This document shows, one piece after another, positions 49,922 to 62,415 of a DNA stretch of 64,000 nucleotides. The position numbers and the translations under genes are program-made. This stretch comes from Anaeramoeba ignava BMAN (Eukaryota > Protista > Anaeramoebae). Location of the stretch: contig JAPDFW010000113.1 in assembly GCA_028826165.1 (NCBI GenBank), positions 120,062 through 184,061 of the forward strand, read 5' to 3'. The notes below the pieces were generated by a model. The model worked only from the letters and a program-made list of their open reading frames with translations, was not told the origin of the DNA and searched no databases. The number at the start of each line of letters is the position of its first letter. Positions within the stretch are counted from its first letter, which is position 1.

Positions 49922-50118
49922 TTTCCAAAAAATTTTGAAAAACGAAAGAAAAAAAAAATAAATAAAAATAGTTTTGTTTTATTTTGTTTATAAAAAATAA
50001 ATAAATCAATTTTATTTTTATAATTAATATTTTATTTTGAAGAGAAAGAAAAAGAATTAATAAAAATATAAATAAGAGAAGAAGAAGAAAAGAAAATTGA
50101 ATATTTATTATCAATTTG

Positions 50119-50151
<33 letters not shown>

Positions 50152-52665
50152 GGAAGATAAATTATAAAATTAAATATTAATAAGAAATATTTATTAAATA
50201 TAATGAAATAATTTATAAATTTTGTTTTGTTTTTAAATAATTTTATTCTTCTTTTTTCTTTTTATTTATATTATTTAATATCTTCTAATTTTTTTTTAGG
50301 GAATTTAAATTTATTTTCTCTTTTTTTTTTTCATTTATTATTATTAATTATTTTGAATTAAATATTATTTCAAATAAATATTTATTTATTTATTTATATT
50401 GATTCTGTTTTTGTTTTAGAGAATAAAAGAATTAGAAATAATATTGAATTAAAAAACTTCTTCTTCTTCTTTTCTTTTTTTGTTTAAAATATTTTTTTTT
50501 CATTTATTTATTTATTTATTGATTGAAAATATTTTAGATATAAATTTTCTTTTTCTCCTTCTTTTTTTCTTATATTTTAATTTTAAATAAAAATTAATTT
50601 TATTTTATTCTGTTTATAAAAAATAAGTAATTTTTTCTTATTTTTATAATTAATATTTTTGGAAAAAAAAAAGTATCAAATTTTGTTTTCTTTTTTTTTT
50701 ATAAATTTAAAATTTAAAATTTAAAATTGTTTTTGTTTTTGGTTTTGGAAAATAAATTAAAATTTATTATAATTTTTTTCCCTTCTTAGTATTAATATTA
50801 ATATTAATTTATTATATAAAATATTTATTATTAATAATAATAAATTTATTCTTTAAAACAAAAAAAAAAACAAAATATTATTTTTCATTTTTTGTTAGAT
50901 AAAAATATAAATATAATCAATTTTCATTTAATCTTCAATTTATAATTAATTAATATTAATATTAATATTAATAATTTTCTTAATAAATTTTATTCTCATT
51001 TTATAAATAATTTTATTTATTTTAAATCCTTTTTTTTTCTCTTAAATCTTTAATTAATTTCATTTTCTAAAATTTTATTTTATTTTATTTTATTCATAAT
51101 AATAAAAAATTTAATTAAATCAAATAATTATATTTTCCAAAAATAAATAATAAATTTGTTTTTTGTTTTGTTTTTCTTAATCTATAAAATCTATTTTTAT
51201 ATTATTTTTTTTTTGAAATTTTTTCATTCCACTATTCTCTAATATTTTTTTGAATAAAATAAAGATTATTTTTAATTTTAATTTTTTATTTTTTTATATA
51301 AAAAAAAAGTTAAATATAAATTAATAAATTAATAAATATAAAAAGAAGATAATTAAAATATTGAATAAATTTAATATTGATTTAATTCTTGTTATTTTTT
51401 TTTCTTTTTAAATTTTGTTTTGAAAAAATATTTGATTTCTTTTCTTTTTCTTTTCTTTTTTTCCTAATCAAAAATAAATAAATAAATAATAATAAAAAAG
51501 AAATTAAGAAATTAAATAATTCAATTCTTCATTAAAAATAATTTTTTAAATTTCCTTTTTATATTATAAATAAAATAAAATAAAATAAAAAAGAATAAAT
51601 TGGATTTTATTTTTATTTGTAAATAAATAAATAAATATCATTTCTTAAATAAAATTCTTTTGTTTTTATTTTTGTTTTTGTTTTTGTTTTTATAAATAAA
51701 AGAAAAAAAAAGAAATTTTCAATAATTTTCCTATTTAAAATCTTTTTATTAATTATTTTAAATTTTGATTAAATTATATTTTATTATTAATTTTTATTTT
51801 CCAAAACAAAACAAAAAAATAATTTATACTTTTAAAAATTAATTAAGATTTAAATTTAAATTTATTTTTTTTGATTGTAAATTTATATTTATTTTTAAAT
51901 CAATTTTGAATTAATTTAGATAATAAAATCCTTTTTATAAATTTTATAAATAAATTATTTTATATTTTAAATTACATTTTCTCTTTATTTTGTTTTATAT
52001 TTTTATTTTTATTTGTAAATTTTAGAAAATAAAAAAAATTTAAAAATGAAAATAGAAAAAATAAAATCGATAACAGAAACTTTTTTTTCCCTATTACTTA
52101 CCCAAATAAACTTGAATCAACTAAACTCAAAATAAAATTTGTCGAATTTTGATCTTCTTTTATTTTTTACCTTTTTCATTGTTTTTTTCATTTCTTTTTT
52201 TTGTTCTGTTTTTATCCTCAATTTTCTTAATTAAAAAAAAATCTTCTCACCCATTACATAAAACTCCATCTTTTTCTTCTTAATGAAGGTTTGAGACAAA
52301 ATTAAATATAGAATAAAAGTTTTGAGATAAAATAACTTTTAAATAGCAATACATTTTTTATATTTACTCAATTATATGATACTAAACTTGAAAATTTCTC
52401 ATTTCTCAACGATATCAGAAATCAATAAAAACAATCATAAAATTATAACTCATATTTTTTCATTATGAAACTAAAAATATAACTTTAATTAGGGAGTTTT
52501 TATTTAGAGGAAAAATTGTTTCATTTTTAATGTTTTTTTTTGTGTTAAGTGATTCAAAATGAAGAAAATGAAAAAAAATGAAAATGTTAGAAATCAATGG
52601 AAAAAAAGAAGGAAAAAATGAGATCAACTTCAAAGAATTCTTATTGAATCAAATTCATAAATGCT

Positions 52666-54995
52666 TTAATTTAAGTTTTTCCAATATAGAAGTTTTCGAT
52701 AAATCATCCGATAAGTATCAATCAATAATCTGATGTTATCCATCTTTTTTTTCTTTTCTTTTCTACTTTTCAGATGAGTTGATGCAGAGATTATTTTATC
52801 AATCTTCTTTTTTTGGTTATTTAGTTCTTCTTTGATTTCTGAAATTTTGTTTTTTTGCTCACTCTTTTCATTTTCATGAAAAATTGAATAGATTTCCTTT
52901 CTAAATTCTGAACCATCTTTAGCAATAACTTTTTTTCTCATTTTTTCTAATGTCCATTCTCGAAAAATCCTGCATCTTATAAAAAAACAAATAAAGGATC
53001 CACAATCATCTCTATTTTTTTGGATACTTTTTTGACCTTCAAATACCTCAACAAAACTGAAAATCAATAATTTTGCAATTTTTTCTCCTAATTTTAACAT
53101 TGAAAAATATCCCTCAAAGCTATTAAAATATTCTACCCTTTTCATTTCAAAATTAACAACAAAAATTACCCAATGTAACCCTGTTATAACAGGTAAAATG
53201 ATCCATTGAACAGTTGGATACAGTTGAATCTTTTGGAGTACATCAATTACATCTTTTGGTTGTTGACTGGGAACAATAATAATATCTTCTCTTTTGAAAT
53301 TACTTTTTTCCAAAATCAAAAATTGATCAATATCAAATTCACTTAACCAATTTTCATTCGAATTGGGATTCATAATCCTTTGTCTCCAACCATGAAGATT
53401 TGCAAATGATTTGGTAACCTTTTCTTCATTTTTAATCTGCTTTAGCTGTTGGGTTATATCTTCTCTCTTGATTTGATATTTAGATTCCTTATCTTTAACT
53501 AAATCTGGAGATTGAGTATTGTTTTTTGAAATAGAATCCTTTTTCTTTTGAGTTTTCCTTCTTTTTGGTTCTTGACTTTTTGTTTTCAGTTTCTTATTAG
53601 AGTTTTTTTTATTATTTTTCTCATTTTCTTTCTTTTCTTTCTTTTTCTCTTCCTCTTCTTCATCATTAATGTTTCTTTTAGATCTTCGTTTCTGATGAGT
53701 TTTCTTCTCGAAAAATCCTATCATTTCTTCGAATTCTTCCACAGCTTTTTCATCTATGGTATGAATAGAATCACAAATCACTCCTGTTTTTCTGAAGGAA
53801 GAAGCAATTTTTGTTGAATTTAAATTATTCCAGCTTTTTAGTGCATTTTCTATTACATCTTCTCTTCTTAAAATACCCATTTCATTCATTTTGGGTAGAA
53901 TATTTGACCGATAATTGATTTTGAAAGGACCAAAAACGCTCTTGTCTAATGGTTGTAAGAGGCCAGTCATATGAGAAGGTACATGTATGATTCGAATTTT
54001 GTTCTTTTCACAAACTTTTAAAAAGTCCTTATCTCTATGGGCAGCAAAACGATCCAGGACTAAAATCGAATCAGGAATATCACAATTGTTCTCTTGCTTC
54101 ATTTTATCCTTAATATGAGGAATTAACACCTCTTCCAACCATTTAATCATTATGAAAGTATTTGACCATCCTGAATTTGAATTCAAAAAATAGCATTTTG
54201 AAAATTTTTTTTGTAATTGAGGGATCAATCTTATGCCACTTTTTGCTTTAATAATGAAGGTAGGAATTATTTTCGTACCATCTGCAGCAATTGCAGCAAT
54301 CATTGTAATAGTCTGTTTTGTATTATGAACACATATTGATTTCCCATTTTTACCTTTGTTTCCAATTGAATTGGAAGTAGTAAAAAATTGTACATTAGTC
54401 TCATCAACGTTGAAAATGAAGGAATGATCAATCTTAAATTTGGAAGATTCATGATTTATAATTCTTTTTGTTTTACACTCTTGCCAAAATTGTTGAGCTG
54501 TTTGTTTTGGTGAAATGTGACTGGTCCATTTATTCACAAGTTTATTTTTTCTAAAAACAAAGTTATTCCTTTTCATGAATCGGTATGGCCAATGTATAGA
54601 AAGAGGTTTTTGATTTTTGCCAATAAACATTTGATTAGCTAACGCTCTTATAGAGGATGGAGAAACAATGAAATTATCTAAAATTTTTGGTTCAGGATCT
54701 TACTTATTTGGTTTTCTTGTTCAAAGGTAAGTCGACAACATCTTTTTTGATTAGCAATTTTTCTCTTTTCATTTGAAGTTGATCCCATTGGATTTCCTAT
54801 TTTATATCCCTGATAACGTGAATAAAGAGTTTGATATGGAATATTCAACTTTTTACTTAAATGACTGATTACTCCATATGGACCTTCTTCAATTTGTTTA
54901 TACAATGAACACCAATCTACTTTTTGTTTTGGTGGTTCAAAAGAGCGACGAGGAGAAGACACTAAACAAGAATGACTTTTTGAAGGATTTGACAT
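52666..54995 (-). mobile_element. pogo/Fot1-like (DDE_1, DD35D) transposase with HTH domains and a C-terminal Ulp1-like (C48) protease domain; one frameshift near 54680
   Basis: HTH KKLNIPYQTLYSR and CENP-B-like LTFEQE..IRALA..W.YRFMKR. Catalytic NVDET, LVLDRFAAH, LQPLD with 35 residues between the last two Asp. Ulp1-like WLSEFDID, LPV..LHW, YFNS, QKNRDDCG. Confidence 0.88.
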
Positions 54996-57344
54996 CAAAT
55001 TAATTAAAGTTTTAATTTAATTTTGTAATCGATGAGAAAAAAAAAATGAATAAAAAATTTTATGATCAAGCTTAAATCTGAAATTTGATCATGAATCATC
55101 ATAATTTTTGTTTTGATCAAATTAATCTCTCAAAATGGGAAATTGATATAATAAAATTTTATTGGTTTATAATTGAACTTCTTGGGAAAAAATGAATTTT
55201 TTTGTAATTTATGTTATCGGTGAGAAAGAGAGTAATTAATTTTATTTCTTGATTTTTAATAATATTAATTTAATATTAATAATAAATTCTTTTTTTTTAA
55301 AATTATTCATTTTCTTATTTTTATTAAATTTATATTTATTTTTTGTATTTTTTTTTTTGATTTGAAAACAAAAATAATTAATTCCAGTTTTGTTTTGTTT
55401 TGTTTTGGATTATTATTATTATTATTATTAAAGAAGAAGAAGAAATTCTAAATAAAAATATTTTTATTTTTTATTTTTATTTTTAAATCATTTCTAAAAT
55501 TAATTAAATATTATTAATATTATTTGTTAATATTATTTATAATTTTTGATTAAATTTCTCTTCAAAAATAAAATAATAATAATAATTTCCTTTTATTATT
55601 TTATTATTTTTATTATTGAGAAGAAAGAATAAATAATTTAAATCTTTAAATTTAATAAAAATTATTTTGTTTTATTAAAAATATTTATTTAAAAATATAA
55701 TCAATTTGTTTGTTTTTCAAAATTTAAATTTATTCATTTTCTTTTTCTTTTCTTTTTAAATTAATTATTTTAAAATTTAATAATAAAATAAAATCAAAAT
55801 CATTTTCTTATTTATTTATTCCTTTTTCTATATTTTTATTATTATTATTTAAATTTTTTGATTATTTATTTATTTAAAATAAATTATCTGAATAAATAAA
55901 TCTAAAATGAAAAAATTCTAAATCAAAAATAAAAATATTTATTTATTATTCTTAAAAATAAAAGAAAAATAAATTTAAAATGATTAAAAAAATAAATTTA
56001 TAAATCAATTAAATTTAAATCAAAAGGAAAAAGAAAAATAAATTAATCTTTTAATATTCATTTTTCATTTTTCATTTCTTTATTTTATTTTTGTTTTTAA
56101 AATAATAAAATAATTAAATATAAATTAATAATCATTTATTTCTTTAATTTTATATTTAATTTATTAATTAATTAAATTTTTAAAAATAAAATAATTTGAA
56201 AGAATTTTTATATTTTTTATTTAAATTTTAAAATTAATTTTCCTTTTCTTTTTATAATAATTTATTTAAGATTTTTCTTTTTATTCTATTTTTATTTTAT
56301 TATTTTTATTATTATTTTTAAAGAAAGAGGAAATAATTTTATTCTTTAAAAATAAAAATAAAATATAACAATTTAATCTTTAATAATAATATTATTATTA
56401 TTTAATAAATCTAAATAATAAAAAATATAAATAATAAATTTATTATTTAAAATTCTTTGTTTAAATTTTGTTTTTTTTTAAAATAAAAATAATAAATGAA
56501 AAAGATAAATTTTTATTAATTAATTAATTAATTCCTTTTAAAAAAATAAATCTAAAATTATTTGATTAATTAAATATTTTTTCCAAAATTAAAAAAAATT
56601 TGTTTTGAATTTTGTTTTGTTTTTAAATAAAAAAAAATTGGAAATTTATTATTAAATAAATAATAATTGAATAAATTATAATTTAATTATTAATTTCCAT
56701 TTTTCCTTCTCAAAATAATAAAAATAAAAAATAATTTATGTTTTTTGTTTAAATAAATTTATTCCCCAAAATAAAAATATTTCTTTTCTTTGTCTTCTTT
56801 TTTGTTTTTGTAAATCAAAAATCAAAATAATATTTTTATTTAAATAATTAACAAATTAGAAAATAAATTTTAATTTTGAATTATTTAATAATTTATCTTT
56901 TTGTTTTTCTTTTTCTTTTTGTTTCTATTTTTCCAAAACAAAAATTTTAAATTAAAAAAATTTAAAATAAAAAATTTTGTTTTTTGTTTTTTGTTTTTTG
57001 AAATTCTTTATTCTTCAATTAATTAGAACGAATAAAGAAAAAAAAAAGGAGAAAGAAAATGAATTTGTGAAAAAAGAAAGAAAGAAAGAAAATGAATTTG
57101 TGAAAAAAAAAATTTGGAAAATGTTCTCCTTTTTTTTTGTAATTCGAATTGGAAATTGAAATTAATTCTTTGAAAAAAAAGAAATTGAAAGTAATTCTTT
57201 GAAAAAAAGAGGAGATTTAATCTTCTTGGAGAAAAAAAGAGGAATTGATTTTGGATTTGAATATTTTTTTTTCCAAAGAATTACTTTCAAAAAAAAATTT
57301 GAAAAAAAAAAGAAAAAAAGGAAAAAGAAATTTTGATTTGTTTT

Positions 57345-57484
57345 TTAAATCATTTTCTTGAGAGAATCTGGAAGTAAATCTTTTGGTGTTGTTTCAAATT
57401 AAAATTAGCATTTGTTCCTTTCAATAATTTGATCATTTCTTCTGTAATTGATGAATTCTTGCAAAGATAATGTAATGGAGATTC
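57345..57484 (-). pseudogene. Orphan or degenerate terminal ankyrin-repeat exon
   Basis: TTTAG acceptor, then [31 protein letters not shown]. After a frameshift it continues [14 protein letters not shown]. Confidence 0.65.
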
Positions 57485-57884
57485 CTAAATAAAATTATTT
57501 TTATTTTTATTTTTGTTTTTTAAATTAATTTTTTTTGTTTTTTGTTTTTTGATTAAATTTACCCTATTTAATTTCCCAAAAAATAATTCAAAAAAAAAAT
57601 AATTCAAAAAAATAATAATTAAATTTGAGAATTTAAGATATTTTTTTGTTTATTTTTTTGTTTATTAATAATAAAAATATATTTTGAAATTTTGAATTTT
57701 GAATTTTGAAAATTTTTTTATTATTAAATAATTTTTTTATTATTATGAATTTATTTAAATTTATTAATTAATTAATTTTTGAATTTAATAAAAAAAAATA
57801 GAAATAAAATAAATTAGAAATAAATAATAATAATAATAAATTTATAAAAGAAATAAAGAAAAATAAAAAAAAATATAATTAAAT

Positions 57885-58360
57885 ATTTTTAATTTTAATT
57901 TTAATTTTAATTTTAATTTTAATTTTAATTTTAATTTTAATTTTAATTTTAATTTTAATTTTAATTTTAATTTTAATTTTAATTTTAATTTTAATTTTAA
58001 TTTTAATTTTAATTTTAATTTTAATTTTAATTTTAATTTTAATTTTAATTTTAATTTTAATTTTAATTTTAATTTTTTTAATTTTAATTTTAATTTTTAA
58101 TTTTAATTTTTTAATTTTAATTTTAATTTTAATTTTAATTTTAATTTTAATTTTAATTTTAATTTTTAATTTTAATTTTAATTTTAAATTTTAATTTTTA
58201 ATTTTAATTTTTAATTTTAATTTTAATTTTTAATTTTAATTTTAATTTTAATTTTAATTTTAATTTTAATTTTAATTTTAATTTTAATTTTAATTTTAAT
58301 TTTAATTTTAATTTTAATTTTAATTTTAATTTTAATTTTAATTTTAATTTTAATTTTAAA
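57885..58360. repeat. (TTTTAA)n microsatellite
   Basis: Direct hexamer repeat. Confidence 0.95.
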
Positions 58361-58921
58361 TTTACTTTCTAATTAATTTAAATTAAATTTTCCAAAAAAA
58401 AAATAAATTAAAAATTAATTTTAAATATTAAATAAAAAAAAAGAATTGAAATTTGATTTGTTTTTTAAAAAGTATTATTTCTTTTTTAAATTATTTTTTA
58501 TTTCTTATTCTCTTTTATTATTTATTATTTATTAATTTGAGAAAAAAAAAAGAAAAAAATCTTCAAAATATTATTAATATTATTATTTAAATATTATTTA
58601 TAAAATGAAAATAAAATATTAAATTTAATTTTATTTTAATATTTTATATTCAAAATATTTATTCAAATTTAAAAGTATTGAAATAAATATCTTAAATTTT
58701 TTTTTGATATCTTTTTATCTTTTTCCTCTAAATTTATTCATATAAATAAATATAAATAAATATAAATAAATATAATTTTATTTTTGAAATATTTTCATTT
58801 CCATAATAATTATAATAAAAATAAAATTCTAAATAAAAATAATTCAATTTTTTAAATGTAGGAATAAATTTTGGAATAAAAATCATTAAAAAGAAAAAAA
58901 AAGGGAAATTAGAAATATTTC

Positions 58922-59225
58922 TTATATTTATATTTTTATTTATATTTATATTTATATTTATATTTATATTTATATTTATATTTATATTTATATTTATATT
59001 TATATTTTATATTTATATTTATATTTATATTTATATTTATATTTATATTTATATTTATATTTATATTTATATTTATATTTATATTTATATTTATATTTAT
59101 ATTTATATTTATATTTATATTTATATTTATATTTATATTTATATTTATATTTATATTTATATTTATATTTATATTTATATTTATATTTATATTTATATTT
59201 ATATTTATATTTATATTTATATTTA
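58922..59225. repeat. (TTTATA)n microsatellite
   Basis: Direct hexamer repeat. It is the source of the spurious YKYKYK ORF. Confidence 0.95.
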
Positions 59226-61779
59226 TGTTTTTTGTTTTTGTTTTTGTTTATTGAGAAATAATTATTCATTTTCTTAATATAATTTTAATTTCTTTAATTT
59301 TTTTTTTGGGATTTGATTTCTTTTTTAAATTATTGTTTTTTTGATTTAAGAATTGAAATAGATTATTTCTTTTTGAATACTTCTGAATCCAAATAATAAT
59401 AATAATTATTATTATTGAATTTGAGATTAATTGAAAAAAAAATTCTTTTCTCAAATATTTAAAATAAATATAAATTAATGGAAATTTTATCTTTTCATTT
59501 ATTTAGAGAAATTATTGGAAAAATGAATTTTTATTTTTATTTTTATTTTATTTTCAAATTTTTAATATTATTTGTATCTTATTATTGATTAAAAAGAAAA
59601 AAAAATATTTTTATTTTTCTTCTCAAATAGAATTAAATTATTTTTTTTTTGGATTAATTATTGAATAAATATTCATAATTTCTTTTTTTTAAGAATAATT
59701 CCCAAAAAAAATATTGTTTAAATTGATAAGAAAAAAAAAGGAATTATTGAAGAAATCATTAATAATATTCAATAAATATAAAATATTATTCAAAATCAAT
59801 TCAAATTTAATCAAAAAGAAAAAAAGAAAAAAAGAAAAAAAAATAATAAGAATATGATAAAAATAAATAAATAAAAATCAAATAATATTAGAGTTTATTT
59901 TATTTAAATTTTGGTTTTTTTTAGGGGAAATTGAAAATAAAAGGAAAAAATGAATAAAAAAAGATAAATGAAAATTTTTTTTTATAATTTTTTTTTGTGA
60001 AGAAAAGAAAAGAAAAGAAAAGAAAAAGAAAATTTGTTTCAGAATAAATTTAATTTTTTTGTATATGTGTGTGAATATTAATGATATATAATCATGTTTA
60101 AAAAAAATATTAATAAATATTTCTAATTTCCAAAAAACAAAAACTTAAATATTATTTCTTCATTCAAAAATTATATTAATTAATATTTTTATTTATTTAT
60201 TTATCTTATTTATTTTGGAAAAAAAAAACTCAATTTTCTTTTTTGATAAGAAATTAAATTTGAAAATTTCTAATATAAAACAAAAATAAATATAAATGTA
60301 AATATATTTTAAATTTTAATTTTAATTCATTTTTTTTTGGAATAAATTAATCTTCTTTTCTTATTTATATATTTTTTATAAATAATAATAATAATAATAA
60401 TATATTTTTTCTAATTTTAATTCTTTTATTTTTATTGAGAAAATATTTTTCAATTTTGTTTAATTTAATGTAATAAATTTTTTTTTATACATTTCTCTTA
60501 ATTTAAATTAGATTTTTAATTTAATCTTTTTTTTAAATTTTTATTTTATTAAATTTAAAAAAAAAATCAAAAAATAATTTAATTTGTTAAATGGAAAAAT
60601 ATAATTTAAATTTAAGAAAATATTCAAAATAATATTTTTATTTTTAATAATAATAATAATTTTATTTATTATTAATTAAATTGATTTTTCCATATAACAA
60701 ATTAAATTATTCTTAATAATTCCTTTTTTTTTTCTTTTAAATTTTTTTTAAAAAATTAATTAATTATTTTTATAATAAAAATATTCTCATTTAAAAAAAA
60801 AGAAAAAAAGATAAAGATTGTAATTTATTTAATTTTCCTTTCAAAATAAAAATAAATTATTAATAGATTTTTTTAAATGTTTGTTTGAGAAAAAAAAATA
60901 TGAATATCTCTTCTTTTCCTTTTTTTTATTCATAAATTTTATTTTATTAAACTAAAATTGAAATTAAAAACAAAAAGAGAAAAAAAACCTATATTCTTTT
61001 ATTCTTTTTCTTTTCTTTTTCTTTTCTTTTGAATTTGAATTTGATCTTGATTGTGAATTAAATTACTTAATTTAATTACTTTTTTTTTATCAAATATTTT
61101 ATTATTATAATAATATATAAATTAATTTACAAAATCAATAAAAAAAATAATAAATTATTTCAATTAATAAATTAATTATTATAATCAATATTATATATTA
61201 TAATAATAAAAACTCATTTTTTATATTTTATTCTCTCCTTTTTTTTTGGTTTATAAATTTAAGAATATATATTAGAAATAATATTATTATAATTAAATTT
61301 AATTAATTTTTTATTTTAAAAATATAACAAAACATTTAAAAATATCACTTTTTTTTTTGAAATAAATTTTCTTTCTTTCTTTCTTCTTCTTTTCTATTGT
61401 GAAATTTAAGAATAAAAATCAATAAAATGTTTTTATTTTTATTTTTATTTTTATTATTATTTTCAATTTTTATAAAAGAAAAATATATTTAAATAAAAAA
61501 TTTGTGTTTAATAACAATAAATATCAAATTTTTTATTTCATTTTATTTCTGGAAAATAAATAAATTATATTTTTCTTTCTCTTTTTTTTTATTTGTAAAT
61601 TAAATCAAAATTTTTATTTTTCAAAAATATTTTTTTTTCCAAATTAATTTTTCTTTTTTTTCTTTTATAACAAAATAAAACAAAACTATTTTTATTTATT
61701 AATATTGAATAATAATAAAAAACAAAATAATTATCAAAAAAAAGAAGAAAAATTTGTAATAAAATTATTATAATAATAA

Positions 61780-62415
61780 TAATAAATTTATTTATAATTA
61801 AGAAAATAAATTTATTTTAAAAAATTAAATTTTTAAAATTATTTTAATAATAATTTTATTTATTTACAAATTTAAATATTTAAAAATAATAAAAATAAAT
61901 ATTTTAATTTAAATAAAATAAATAAATTTATTTTAATTAAGAAAATAAATTTATTTTAAAAATTAAATTTTTAAAATTATTTTAATAATAATTTTATTTA
62001 AAAATAAAAAAAAATTTTAATAAAATTTTTATTTAATTTTAATAAATAATTTTATTTAAGAAAATGAATTTATTTTAAAAATTAAATTTTAAAATTATTT
62101 TAATAATAAATTTTAATAAAATAATAAGAAAAAATATTTTTAATTTAATATAAAAAATAATAATAAAAATTTAATTTATAATTATTTTAAAAAATTAAAG
62201 AAAATAAATTTATTTTAAAAATTAAATTTTAAAATTATTTTAATAATAATTTTATTTTTTAAAATACTATTTAAAAATAATAAAATAATTTAAGAAATAA
62301 TAAATATTTTTTTTAATTTAATATAAAATTATAATAAATTTATTTATAATTAAGAAAATAAATTTATTTTAAAAAATTAAATTTTTAAAATTATTTTAAT
62401 AATAATTTTATTTTG
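61780..62415. repeat. Degenerate ~120-155-bp tandem repeat (~5 copies)
   Basis: AAGAAAATAAATTTATTTTAAAAATTAAATTTTTAAAATTATTTTAATAATAATTTTA recurs near 61800, 61939, 62058, 62198 and 62352. Confidence 0.75.

Noticed and set aside
52100-52226. Possible small minus-strand exons (AG|TTTATTTGG|GTAAGT at 52110-52102 and a 55-nt K/N/E-rich exon)
   Set aside because: Splice-like signals are present, but there is no recognisable protein or linkage to a gene, so it is unsupported without transcripts.
54670-54695. Programmed -1 frameshift joining the HTH and DDE ORFs
   Set aside because: CAA AAA TTT TAG is not a correctly phased X XXY YYZ slippery site. A homopolymer indel (mutation or sequencing error) is simpler.
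52060-55225. Possible terminal inverted repeats of the DD35D element (CGATAACA at ~52068 and TGTTATCG at ~55212)
   Set aside because: Only 8 bp match and no clear TA target duplication, so element ends cannot be defined from one copy.
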